Source: an uncultured Alphaproteobacteria bacterium
GTDB lineage: Bacteria > Pseudomonadota > Alphaproteobacteria > CADEGL01
DNA length: 64,000 nt
Direction of reading: 5' to 3'
Assembly (NCBI GenBank): GCA_902826885.1
Contig: CADEGL010000010.1
Location: 4,037-68,036 of the forward strand
The position numbers and the translations under genes are program-made. The notes below the pieces were generated by a model, which had not been told where the DNA came from, did not search any database, and saw only the letters and a program-made list of their open reading frames with translations. Below are positions 55,172 through 64,000 of the stretch, piece after piece. Numbering within the stretch: the stretch's first letter is position 1; the number at the start of each line of letters is the position of its first letter.

Positions 55172-56455
55172 TCACGAATCGAACCGGTCGCGGAATTTCC
55201 ACCAGCGGGCGATCCAGGGCACGAACCATGGATTGCCGGTGTAGGTCGGTCGGATCTGGAACGGCAAATCGTCATAGGCCGTGCGTCCTTCGGACGAGCC
55301 CAACAGGCGCAGCGCGATCTTGCGCCCCAGATGCGTGCCCATGGGCACGCCCGTACCATTCATGGCCAGGGCATAATGCATGCCGTCATGGATGCCCAAA
55401 TGCGGGATGCGGTCGAAGCTCAAGCCCAGCATCCCGCCCCAGCAATGGCTGATCCGGACGCCGACGAATTCCGGCAATGAATCCGTCATCTCGGCGTGAA
55501 GCTTCCGCGCCATGCGCTTCATGTCGTCGTCGCGATAGCCGCTGAGGCTGCCGAACAAGAGGCGTGTGCCGTCGGGCGAGGCGCGCAGATAGCGCCAGGC
55601 GCGGCGCGAATCGATCACCATGCGCCCGTTGGGGATGGCGCGCTTCAGCATGTCTGGCGGAACCGGCTCTGTCGCCATCATGGTCGCCTGCACGGGCAGG
55701 ACGCGGCGGCGGAAATGGGGCACCAGACCGTCGGCATAGCCGTTGGTCGCGATGACGACGTCGCGCACTTCGGTCTTGCCCAATTCGTGCGTCAGCGAGA
55801 AGCCGGAATTTCCGCGCGCGATGGACAGGACACGGCAGCGCGGCGCCAGCACCGCATCCGCCATCGCGACCCGCGCGGCCATGTGGTGGGCCAGCTTGCC
55901 GGGGTGCAGTGTGGCCGTACCGTCCACTACCACGCCGCCCGCCCCCTTCCGCACGCCGTATTCCTGGGCCTGGTCGGACGCATCCAGCCAGCGGCATTGC
56001 ACGCCCGAGAAGTTCTGCATGAAGTCCATTTCGACGCGCAAATTGTGGGCGTGCGCGCGCGAGGCCGCGGCCAGGAAGCGGCCGCTCATGCGCCAGTCGC
56101 AGTCGATCTTTTCGTTTGCGATCAGGTTGCGCACTGCATCAAAGGCATCGGCCGCCTCTTTCGTCAGCGCGCCGAACTGCGCGCGGTCCATCTTCTCCGC
56201 CATGTGGGCGAAGCCCGTGTGCAGCATGCGCGTCACGGCGCCCGCGTTGCGCGAGGAGGCGCCGTGGCCGATATCGCCCGCATCGAAGACGACGGTCTGC
56301 CGGCCGGCGCGCGCGAGGGTGAGGGCGGCGGACAGGCCGGTGAAGCCGCCGCCGATCACGGCCACGTCGGCGCGCGCGGGCGGCACAGTACGATCCGTCG
56401 GCGGCGGCAAGCCCTCCCACCAATAGGGCGTCGGTTTGAAGTCCGGGCTCAACAT
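55172..56455 (-). CDS. FAD-dependent oxidoreductase (gamma-glutamylputrescine oxidase/OrdL-like, DAO family)
   Basis: DVAVIGGGFTGLSAALTLARAG motif and a 427-aa DAO-family length. Confidence 0.75.
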   Translation of the reverse strand: MLSPDFKPTPYWWEGLPPPTDRTVPPARADVAVIGGGFTGLSAALTLARAGRQTVVFDAGDIGHGASSRNAGAVTRMLHTGFAHMAEKMDRAQFGALTKEAADAFDAVRNLIANEKIDCDWRMSGRFLAAASRAHAHNLRVEMDFMQNFSGVQCRWLDASDQAQEYGVRKGAGGVVVDGTATLHPGKLAHHMAARVAMADAVLAPRCRVLSIARGNSGFSLTHELGKTEVRDVVIATNGYADGLVPHFRRRVLPVQATMMATEPVPPDMLKRAIPNGRMVIDSRRAWRYLRASPDGTRLLFGSLSGYRDDDMKRMARKLHAEMTDSLPEFVGVRISHCWGGMLGLSFDRIPHLGIHDGMHYALAMNGTGVPMGTHLGRKIALRLLGSSEGRTAYDDLPFQIRPTYTGNPWFVPWIARWWKFRDRFDS

Positions 56456-56473
56456 GACGCGCCGGTGCGCTTG

Positions 56474-57484
56474 TCAGCCGGTGCGCGCCACCCGCCCGCG
56501 TGGTGGATAGTTGGGATCGGTGTAGCCGGGGGTGGAGGGATGGCCGGGCTTCACCAGCCTGTCGACCAGCGCCTCGTCTTCCTTGGTGAATTTATAGTCG
56601 AGCGCGCCCGCATATTCCTTCCACTGCTCCATCGTGCGCGGGCCCGCGATGACGGAGGAGACGATTGCGTTGTTCAGCACCCAGGCGGTGGCGAACTGGC
56701 CCGCCGTGATGCCGCGCTTCTCGGCGTGGCGCTTGATGGTGGAAGCGATCTCGACCGACTCTTTCCGCCATTCCGTGTCCATGATGCGCTTGTCGCTGAT
56801 GGCGACGCGCGTGCCCTTGGGCGCGGGCTTGTTCCATTGGTACTTGCCGGTCAAGACGCCGCGCGCGAGGGGGCTGTAAGGCACCACGCCCAGGCCATAA
56901 TTGGCGCAAGCCGGCAGGATCTCGTCCTCCGGCATGCGGTTCATGGCGTTGTAGTAGGGCTGGCACACGATGGGGCGCGGGATGGAATTGGCGTCGCAGA
57001 AGCTGGCCAGCTCCGCGATGCGCCAGCCGCGGAAATTGCTCACGCCGAAATAGCGGATCTTGCCCTGGCGGATCGCGTCGGCCATGGCGTGCGCCGATTC
57101 CGCGATGGGCGTGTCCTGGTCGTCCTTGTGGAAATAATAGACGTCGATGAAGTCGGTCTTGAGGCGGCGCAGGCTGGCGTCCAGCTGTTCCATGATCCAT
57201 TTGCGCCCGGTGCCGGAGCGGTTGGGCTTCTTCTCCCACTCGGTGCCGACCTTGGTCGCCAGGACCCAGTCGTGACGGTCCTTGGCGATGGCGCGCCCGA
57301 TGATCTGTTCCGACTTGCCGTGGGCGTACTGGTCGGCCGTGTCGATGAAGTTGATCCCGCGTGCTTTCGCGTCGGCCATGATGCGCCGCGCATCCTTTTC
57401 CTCGGTGCGCAGGCCGAACATCATCGTGCCGAGGCAGATGGGCGAAACGGTTAGGCCGCTTTGGCCCAGACGGCGGTAATCCAT
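56474..57484 (-). CDS. aldo/keto reductase
   Basis: AKR catalytic tetrad context (D..Y..K..H). The GINFIDTADQY motif is present. Confidence 0.85.
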   Translation of the reverse strand: MDYRRLGQSGLTVSPICLGTMMFGLRTEEKDARRIMADAKARGINFIDTADQYAHGKSEQIIGRAIAKDRHDWVLATKVGTEWEKKPNRSGTGRKWIMEQLDASLRRLKTDFIDVYYFHKDDQDTPIAESAHAMADAIRQGKIRYFGVSNFRGWRIAELASFCDANSIPRPIVCQPYYNAMNRMPEDEILPACANYGLGVVPYSPLARGVLTGKYQWNKPAPKGTRVAISDKRIMDTEWRKESVEIASTIKRHAEKRGITAGQFATAWVLNNAIVSSVIAGPRTMEQWKEYAGALDYKFTKEDEALVDRLVKPGHPSTPGYTDPNYPPRGRVARTG

Positions 57485-57634
57485 GGCGCGGCTCCTCGGA
57501 TTTCTTCACCCCTTCCCAACGGGGAGGGGTAGGGGGTGACCAAGACCGGACGGCGCAGTTTTCCCCCTCACCCGGGCGCTTGCGCGCTTACCCTCTCCCG
57601 CGTCGGGGAGAGGGTCGTTCGGAGGCAACGTCCG

Positions 57635-58426
57635 CTACATCTTATAGCTGGGGTCGACGCGGTCCATCATGCGGCAGAGAGACGGCCATTCGCGGTCGCC
57701 GTAGATCGGGCCGTTAGACAGGTGCATGCCGTTGAACTGTTTGGCCGTGTGCTCTTTCACCTCTTCCGAGAGCGCGATCGGCTTCTGGCCGGTGGCAAGC
57801 GCCTCGAGCTGGGCTTTGCACGCTTTTTCCAGCCGGTGCATCAGCACGAAGGCTTCCGCGATCGAGCGGCCGGTGGTGAGCAACCCGTGGTTCTTCAGGA
57901 TCATGGATTGGTGTTTGCCCAAATCGCGCCCCAGGCGCGTGCGTTCGTCGAGGTCCAGCGCCACGCCCTCGTAATCGTGATAGGCGATGTTGTTGTGAAA
58001 GCGCAGCGAGGTTTGCGTCATCGGCAAGAGGCCGCATTCCAGCGACGACACGGCCATGCCCGCGCTCGTGTGGGTGTGCAGCACGCATTGCACGTCCGGC
58101 CGCGCGGCCAGGACGCCGCTGTGGATCGTGTAGCCGGCAGGGATGTATTCGTACGGGCTGTCCTTGTCGATCGTCCCGTCCATGTGGGTCTTCACGAGCG
58201 AGGAGGCCGTGATCTCCTCGAACATCATGCCGAACGGGTTCAAAAGGAAATGGTCCGGCTGCCCGGGGATGCGCGACGAGATATGGGTGAAGGTTAGATC
58301 CGTCATGTCGTAATAGGCGACCAGGCGATAGCAGGCGGCCAGATCGACGCGCACTTGCCATTCTTCTGGGCTCACTTTGTCGCGCAGCTTCATGCTGCGG
58401 CTCACGCTGGCGGGATTGGCCGTCAT
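57635..58426 (-). CDS. class II aldolase/adducin family protein
   Basis: The motif HTHTSAGMAVS contains the metal-binding His residues of the class II aldolase fold. Confidence 0.8.
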   Translation of the reverse strand: MTANPASVSRSMKLRDKVSPEEWQVRVDLAACYRLVAYYDMTDLTFTHISSRIPGQPDHFLLNPFGMMFEEITASSLVKTHMDGTIDKDSPYEYIPAGYTIHSGVLAARPDVQCVLHTHTSAGMAVSSLECGLLPMTQTSLRFHNNIAYHDYEGVALDLDERTRLGRDLGKHQSMILKNHGLLTTGRSIAEAFVLMHRLEKACKAQLEALATGQKPIALSEEVKEHTAKQFNGMHLSNGPIYGDREWPSLCRMMDRVDPSYKM

Positions 58427-58464
58427 CGCTTCCTCGGATTGTTAGGGGCCAGCGGGTCCGTCGC

Positions 58465-59250
58465 TCAGGTCTTGTAGGACGAATCGACCCGGTCGAGCGT
58501 GCGCAGGTGCGCGGGCCACGCGCGCTCGCCGGGAATCTTGTTGCCGGTGAAGCGGATGTATTGCTGCGCCGTGCTCTCGCAGATTTCTTTCGGCACCAAA
58601 TGCAGATTGCCGTTGCCGCCGGCCTGGGCGTCGACCTGCGCCTGGCAGGCATGCTCCAGCTCGTGGATCATCAGCCACGCTTCGGCGACCGAGCGGCCGC
58701 AGGCCAAGAGCCCGTGGTTGCGCAGGATCATGGCCGAGTTGGTGCCCAGATGCTCAACCAAGCGATCTTCCTCACCCGGCTCCGCGATGCCTTCATACTC
58801 GTGGTACGAGAGCTTGCCGTAGAAACGCAGCGAGGTCTGGGTTAGCGGCAAAAGGCCGTCCTTCTGCGCCGCCACGCCCATGCCCGCGCGGGTGTGGGTG
58901 TGCACCACGCTGTTGAGGTCGGGGCGGCCGCGCATGACGGCCGTGTGGATCACCACACCCGCGGGGTTCAGCCCGTACTCGTTCTGCTCGACGATGTTGC
59001 CGTCGAGATCCAGCTTCACCAGGGACGAGGCGGTGATCTCGTGGAACAGCATCCCGAAGGGGTTGAGGAAGATGTGCTCCGGATTTTCGGGCGAGCGCGC
59101 CGAGATATGCGTCGCGTCTAGATCGGTCATGCCGTTCAAGGCGACTAGCCGATAGCAAGCGGCCAGATTGACGCGCGTCTGCCAATCCGCCTCGCTGTAT
59201 TTTTGCTTCTTGCCGTTCGTCTTGCCCTTGGTTTTGCGTGCGGCGGCCAT
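58465..59250 (-). CDS. class II aldolase/adducin family protein (tandem paralog)
   Basis: HTHTRAGMGVA. About 55% identical to the downstream paralog. It has a Lys-rich N-terminal tail. Confidence 0.8.
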   Translation of the reverse strand: MAAARKTKGKTNGKKQKYSEADWQTRVNLAACYRLVALNGMTDLDATHISARSPENPEHIFLNPFGMLFHEITASSLVKLDLDGNIVEQNEYGLNPAGVVIHTAVMRGRPDLNSVVHTHTRAGMGVAAQKDGLLPLTQTSLRFYGKLSYHEYEGIAEPGEEDRLVEHLGTNSAMILRNHGLLACGRSVAEAWLMIHELEHACQAQVDAQAGGNGNLHLVPKEICESTAQQYIRFTGNKIPGERAWPAHLRTLDRVDSSYKT

Positions 59251-59277
59251 GGCTCGTCCTCGTCCGTGGGTGCGTTA

Positions 59278-59300
59278 CAAGAATACTAGAATACTAGTGC
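59278..59300. promoter_or_regulatory. tandem direct repeat GAATACTAG-AATACTAG in the promoter region of the aldolase gene
   Basis: A locally AT-rich 9-bp unit occurs twice, 30-47 nt upstream of the minus-strand start at 59250. Confidence 0.35.
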
Positions 59301-59395
59301 GCCGCCGGCCTTGGCCCAAGGGCCACTTGCCTCAACGGTTTCATGCCACAGGCGCGCGAAGCGCATAGCGATACTGTGACCCTGTTGGGGTCGTT

Positions 59396-60556
59396 CTAGG
59401 CCTTGTTGCCGATCACCCGGTCCAGCACCCAGTTGCGGTGGATGTGGGACAAGGCCTCGAAATTGGAGACGCGGCCGGCCTTGGCGAGCGGCGAGGAGAC
59501 GCCCTTCTGCTGGATCTCGTTGATCTCGTTGTCCTCGATCACGCTGATGTCCCAGCGCTTGTAATAGTTCTCGAGCGTCTCGGCGAAATCAGGCCGCGCG
59601 ATCGTCTCGGGATGGAAACAGCCGCCGACCGCCAGCTTGATCCGGTCCGGCCCCAGCGGATGGATCTCGACATGCCAGGTGCAGTCCTTCGTCTGCGCCA
59701 TCAGCGTGCAGGGGAACAGGCAAACGTAGGTCGAGCCGTCCTTCGCGCGGCCGGAAAGCTTCGGCATCGGCGGGAAGCCCTTGGCGCCCGGCAACAGCGC
59801 CGCACTGCCTTCGTGTTTGGCATAGAGCGCCATGTACTCGCCCTTGCCGCGCTCGGCCGTCGGCGGGTTGCGGTGGTAGACGGACAGATTGCCCGCGGCC
59901 AGCGATTTCTGATGCACCGTCGGCGTGTGGTAATAGTCCATGAAGTTCTCGACATAGACCTTCCAGTTGCACGCCACCTCGTATTCGGTGCGGCGCACAA
60001 GCTTCAGCTCGTCGAGCGCATAAGGCGCCAGCAATTGCGGTAGGTCGCCCAAATACTGGGCCAACGAAACGCTGTTCGGGTCGAAGTTCACGAACATCAA
60101 CTGGCCGAACAGCTCCAGCTTCACCTCGATCAGCCCGTGGTCGGATTTTGTGAAGCCCGGCGTGTGCTCCATTTCGGGCGCGCCGGTCAAGGCGCCGTCC
60201 AGACCATAGATCCAATGGTGATACGGGCATTTGAAAGCGCGGCAATTGCCCGAGCCTTCCGCGATGGCCGCGCCGCGGTGGCGGCATGAATTGGCGTAGG
60301 CGCGCGGGCGTCCCTCGCGGTCGCGCACCAGGATCAGCGAGGCGCCGGCATAATCGAGGGTGGTGTAGTCGCCCACGTTCGGGATGCGCGCGGCGTGGCC
60401 GACAAAATTCCAGGTCTTGTTGAAGATGCGCTCAGTCTCGCGCGCGTAGAACTCTTTGCCCGCATACGCCCAGGGGGGCAGCGTCTCGGCATCCTCCACG
60501 GGGCGCCGTACGTTGGCGTAGTATTTCGGTTCGAACAGGTCGGTCGGCAAGCCCAT
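59396..60556 (-). CDS. Rieske [2Fe-2S] aromatic-ring-hydroxylating oxygenase alpha subunit
   Basis: Rieske motif CRHRG...CPYHHW and a mononuclear iron catalytic domain. Confidence 0.85.
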   Translation of the reverse strand: MGLPTDLFEPKYYANVRRPVEDAETLPPWAYAGKEFYARETERIFNKTWNFVGHAARIPNVGDYTTLDYAGASLILVRDREGRPRAYANSCRHRGAAIAEGSGNCRAFKCPYHHWIYGLDGALTGAPEMEHTPGFTKSDHGLIEVKLELFGQLMFVNFDPNSVSLAQYLGDLPQLLAPYALDELKLVRRTEYEVACNWKVYVENFMDYYHTPTVHQKSLAAGNLSVYHRNPPTAERGKGEYMALYAKHEGSAALLPGAKGFPPMPKLSGRAKDGSTYVCLFPCTLMAQTKDCTWHVEIHPLGPDRIKLAVGGCFHPETIARPDFAETLENYYKRWDISVIEDNEINEIQQKGVSSPLAKAGRVSNFEALSHIHRNWVLDRVIGNKA

Positions 60557-60729
60557 CGCGGCACCCTCCCCACGGTTCCGTCCGTTCTAGCCAAGCCCCG
60601 GGGGCCGGTCCAGACTACCCCATCGCATACCGAGCGGCGGCGGGCACGAACCCGGTTTCCGCGCTAGGCTGGCCATGGCGCCGCGGTTCAAGCCGCCGGG
60701 GGCAGGGGTCGAACGGGGGAACGCTCGCC

Positions 60730-61410
60730 ATGAAACGGCTTCGTGTGCTTCACAAGGGCCATATCGCACACACGCCCTATCACTATCTTCTGCTTTTGCT
60801 GATCGCCTTCTTGCTGGGCTATCCGTTCTTCGTCGGCTCCGCCATTGGCCGCGAGACACTGGGCGGTTTCATCCTCGCGGTTCTGGTTCTGGGCGTCTTC
60901 TCGGCGACGCGCACCAAGCTTCTGCGCGTCATCGCGGTCGCGATCGCGGCCCCGGCCTACCTTCTGCTGATCCTCTATTTCACCTCGGGCGACGAGCGGC
61001 TGTTCTACATTGCCGGGATTGGCATGCTGGTGGCGCTGGCGTTCACGCTCGGCAACGTGCTGGCCTATGTGCTGCATCGCGGCCCCGTGACGGAGGACCG
61101 GATCGCGGCCGCCATATGCGGCTATCTTTTGATCGGCATCCTGTGGGCGGCATTCTACGCTTTCGTCGATGTGATGACGCCGGGCGCCTTCATCGCGGTC
61201 GTGGGCGAGCGCGCGGGCCACTATTACGAGTTCATCTATTTCAGCTTCACGACCCTGACCACGACGGGTTATGGCGACATCGCGCCGGTTTCGTTCCACG
61301 CGCGCGCCTTGGCCAACGCCGAGCAGCTTATAGGCATCTTCTACATCGCGCTTCTGATCGCGCGGCTGACCGGGCTTTACCAGTCGACGCGCGGTGTCAG
61401 TGGTGAATAA
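60730..61410 (+). CDS. potassium channel family protein (TTTGYGD selectivity filter)
   Basis: TLTTTGYGDIAP pore motif, preceded by several TM helices. Confidence 0.75.
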   Translation: MKRLRVLHKGHIAHTPYHYLLLLLIAFLLGYPFFVGSAIGRETLGGFILAVLVLGVFSATRTKLLRVIAVAIAAPAYLLLILYFTSGDERLFYIAGIGMLVALAFTLGNVLAYVLHRGPVTEDRIAAAICGYLLIGILWAAFYAFVDVMTPGAFIAVVGERAGHYYEFIYFSFTTLTTTGYGDIAPVSFHARALANAEQLIGIFYIALLIARLTGLYQSTRGVSGE

Positions 61411-62227
61411 AAAGCGCTGAGGTGCAACGCTCGAGAAAGCGCTGGGTGAACGAGCCCAGCAACGCTTCGCGCCAGCCCCGGCGTCCATAGGCCCCCATGA
61501 CCACCATGTCTGCGCCGATTGCATTGGCCTGCACGGCGATCAACTCGGCCGAGTCCGCCGCGGACACGAGCGTCAACGGCTTGGGCGACAGCCCGTGTAG
61601 GGCAAGATACGCGCCGGCCTGCTCCACGTGGCGCGTGGCCATCTCGCTTTCTTCGTGTGCGGACAGGACAGTGATCTCGGCGTTGGCAGCGATTCCCAGC
61701 AGGACGAAAAGTTGCAATGCCCGCGCCGCAGGCACACTGCCGTCATAAGCGATGGCTATGTGCGACGGCGCGTGCGTTGTTCCAGATGTCACGATCAAGG
61801 GGCGTGGGCCATTCTTCAGCAGGCCGGCGATTGTTGACGCGACCGTGTCACCACCCTCGCCGTGAAACGCACATTCGCGGCCGATGGCAATAACATCGTG
61901 CATAGCGGCGGCCTCCCGCAGCATCTCGGCCGGCTCGCCTTTGAGTGTGAGCGTCACGCCGGGCACTCCCTCCGTCTTGCAGCGGGCGAGAAAACCTTCA
62001 CGCAACGCTTCGTTGCGCGCGCGCGTATTGCGCAACATCTCCTGGTCGGAGCCAGCCTTATAATGGATGGAGCCGATGACCCCGGGCATGGGCGCGGTGA
62101 TGAACTCGGTATCCAGGACGCTTGCGCCTGTCACTGCGGCGCCTCGCGCTTTGGCCAACGCTACTGCCAGCGCCATGGCTGCTGAGCCGCTTGCGGTTGG
62201 GTCGAGGGCGACCAGAATGCTTTTCAT
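61397..62227 (-). CDS. universal stress protein (tandem UspA domains)
   Basis: MGAYGRRGWREALLGSFT ATP-binding motif. Two Usp domains. Confidence 0.8.
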   Translation of the reverse strand: MKSILVALDPTASGSAAMALAVALAKARGAAVTGASVLDTEFITAPMPGVIGSIHYKAGSDQEMLRNTRARNEALREGFLARCKTEGVPGVTLTLKGEPAEMLREAAAMHDVIAIGRECAFHGEGGDTVASTIAGLLKNGPRPLIVTSGTTHAPSHIAIAYDGSVPAARALQLFVLLGIAANAEITVLSAHEESEMATRHVEQAGAYLALHGLSPKPLTLVSAADSAELIAVQANAIGADMVVMGAYGRRGWREALLGSFTQRFLERCTSALFIHH

Positions 62228-62250
62228 CGTAACTTTCTCGTCGATTTTCG

Positions 62251-63423
62251 TTAGGCGTGGCTGCGCCTAACGCGCCCGCCAGCCAGCAACCAGTATCCCA
62301 GGCCGGCGGCCAGGACGGAACCACTCAGTACACCGAGGCGCACCTGGTCAATCTCGGCGGGGGAATCGAACGCCAGACTACCGATGAACAGGCTCATGGT
62401 GAAACCGATGCCGCACAGCGCCGAGAGACCGGCGATATGCCGCCAAGTGCATCCTGCCGGCATGGGGCTCACGCCGGCCGCCACTGCGAGACGAAGGGCT
62501 AGGAACACGCCGCCCAGCTTTCCAGCCAGCAGTCCCAGCACGATTCCAACCGTCACCGTTTCCTCCAATGTCGCCAGGCCCACGCCGCCCAACGCGACCC
62601 CCGCGTTTGCGAAGGCGAAAGCCGGTAGCACCAGATAGACCACCCACGGGTGCAGCAGGTGCTCCAACCGCCGGAGGGGCGAAATCTCGCGCTTGCCATC
62701 ATGGGCGCTCAGGGGCACGGCAAAGGCCGTCGCGACTCCTGCCAGCGTCGCATGTACGCCGGACTTCAGCACACACACCCAGAGCAATGTCCCCACGAGG
62801 ATATAGGCCGCTGGATTCTTCACACCGGCGCGGTTGAGCAAGGCTAGCGCAATTACCGCAACCGCGCCGAGCGCCAGCGACGGCAGTGACAGATTCGCCG
62901 TGTAGAAGGCCGCGATGATCACGATGGCGCCCAGATCGTCGATGATGGCAATGGCGGTGAGCAGTGCCTTGAGACTGGCCGGCGCGCGTGAGCCCAGCAG
63001 CGCTAGCACGCCCAGCGCGAACGCGATGTCGGTCGCGGTAGGAATGGCCCAACCGCGCATCGCGACGGAGTCGCTCCAGTTAAGCGCGACATAGACCAGA
63101 GCGGGCAGGGCCATGCCGCCAACCGCGCCTATCACGGGCAGGCGCGCGGCTCGGCCTTGAAGTTCGCCGCCCATCAGCTCGCGCTTGATCTCTAGCCCGA
63201 CCAGAAAGAAGAACACGGCCATCCAGCCGTCGTTCAGCCACAGGTAGAGCGGTTTGCGAATCTCCAGCGCGCCGACGATCACCGCGCCTTGGATGTTGAG
63301 GAACGCTTGGTAGAGCCAATCGAGCGGTGAATTCGCGGCGACCACCGCCACCAACGCGGCCACACCGAGGGCGATGCCGCCCGATGCCTCGAGTTTCAGG
63401 AAATCGCGCAGTGCTTTCTGCAT
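62251..63423 (-). CDS. nhaA: Na+/H+ antiporter NhaA
   Basis: The N-terminus MQKALRDFLKLEASGGIALG and the conserved TM IV/XI regions identify NhaA. It is probably in an operon with the downstream usp gene. The listed ORF has a 128-aa in-frame 5' extension. Confidence 0.8.
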   Translation of the reverse strand: MQKALRDFLKLEASGGIALGVAALVAVVAANSPLDWLYQAFLNIQGAVIVGALEIRKPLYLWLNDGWMAVFFFLVGLEIKRELMGGELQGRAARLPVIGAVGGMALPALVYVALNWSDSVAMRGWAIPTATDIAFALGVLALLGSRAPASLKALLTAIAIIDDLGAIVIIAAFYTANLSLPSLALGAVAVIALALLNRAGVKNPAAYILVGTLLWVCVLKSGVHATLAGVATAFAVPLSAHDGKREISPLRRLEHLLHPWVVYLVLPAFAFANAGVALGGVGLATLEETVTVGIVLGLLAGKLGGVFLALRLAVAAGVSPMPAGCTWRHIAGLSALCGIGFTMSLFIGSLAFDSPAEIDQVRLGVLSGSVLAAGLGYWLLAGGRVRRSHA

Positions 63424-64000
63424 CGGATAGGTCACTCCCAGCGTACCGCGCCAAGCCCGTCCTATAGCAGATTTCCCGCTGCCGTGACTCCGTGGCAGCT
63501 TAGGAAGCGCTGCTCGTTTCACACGCCGCTTGACCGAGAGCAATGTCGAGACCGGCGGCGCCTTTTGGCAAGGCCGCAGCATGGCCGGGGTTTTCTCGAT
63601 CGCGCTGCCGGGCGTGGTCTTGCCGCTGGCGTCCAGGTTCCCCCTGCTGTCATGGAACGTGACCGAGACGGCGTTGCCGTCGGCGCCGATCATCAGAACA
63701 GCCTCTAGCTTCGCGAAAATGTTCCCGAGCGCGGCGATCGGTCGGTTGCCCTCGCGGTAGATTTTCATCGGTTGCGCTCGGCCGAGGCGCACGCGGCGTT
63801 TCTCCACCGGCCCCGGTAAGCGCGCAGGATTCCGGCGCCTCTCAACCCAATATCGAGGGAAATCACCGCCTATTCGCCGCTATGATTCACACATCGTTTA
63901 CCGGAACGGCTTTTCGATGGCATCCCAAACCCCGCGCGCACTCGGTTTTATGAATCTCGAACGCGGGCCGTCGCCCCCGCCGCCGCGGCCAGGCGCGCTG

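Noticed and set aside
63915-64000. Possible gene start (MASQTPRALGFMNLERGPSPPPPRPGAL...) at the window edge
   Set aside because: There is no SD, only 28 codons are visible and the tract is Pro-rich, so there is not enough sequence to call it.
1-64000. Scan for CRISPR arrays, tRNA/rRNA genes, transposases, integrases and phage genes
   Set aside because: There are no regularly spaced direct repeats, no cloverleaf-compatible segments near conserved GTTC-psi-loop motifs, and no ORFs with DDE-transposase, recombinase or phage hallmarks. The only mobile-element-like signal is the inverted-repeat element at 51008-51108.

Overview
GC-rich (~65-70% GC) chromosomal segment with alphaproteobacterial character. 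From the sequence alone I can see about 75 protein genes and no rRNA, tRNA, CRISPR array, transposase or integrase.

Landmarks, in order:
1. 0.5-8.5 kb: a general-stress-response (GSR) island built around phyR and a divergent nepR-ecfG operon. Six matches to the sigma-EcfG promoter consensus GGAAC-N16/17-CGTT sit in front of stress genes: two CsbD paralogs, a DUF1328/DUF883/YqjE-like operon, two PRC-barrel proteins, and small membrane proteins. HU and Fe/Mn-SOD are in the same island. It also holds several unannotated tiny ORFs with strong Shine-Dalgarno sequences.
2. 8.6-11.4 kb: a two-gene phosphonate module, a PEP mutase fused to a C-terminal nucleotidyltransferase domain, followed by phosphonopyruvate decarboxylase. 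It is divergent from an acyl-CoA synthetase and hotdog-fold pair.
3. 15.6-22.3 kb: a TetR-controlled cluster (perfect 20-bp palindromic operator) containing a PhyH-family dioxygenase, a BKACE (beta-keto-acid cleavage) enzyme, an MFS transporter, a creatininase-family amidohydrolase, a secreted protein and a tandem Usp.
4. 22.3-32.3 kb: a signalling block. It has a MASE1-PAS histidine kinase (HK) with a FixJ-like response regulator (RR), a REC-PAS-PAS-HK hybrid, an RpfC-like hybrid kinase (TM-HK-REC-HPt), and, convergent with it, a clear RpfF-family DSF synthase (enoyl-CoA hydratase fold).
5. 32.4-50 kb: an NdvC-like GH17 membrane protein with ExoD, a DgcN/DgcA D-glutamate pair, two paralogous GlpD-like flavoproteins flanking a LysR gene, and a TauD dioxygenase. 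A deacetylase and HpaB-like operon follows, with a 110-bp AT-rich palindromic island just downstream of it.
6. 50-64 kb: a structured element bounded by 21-bp inverted repeats, an NfeD-stomatin operon, an orphan RTX-repeat protein, aldo/keto reductase, tandem class-II aldolase paralogs, a Rieske oxygenase, a K+-channel protein, a Usp and nhaA.

The findings of most interest are the DSF-type quorum-sensing pair in this alphaproteobacterial context, the compact phosphonate fusion module, and the paralogous ~25-aa hydrophobic peptide genes in the GSR island.
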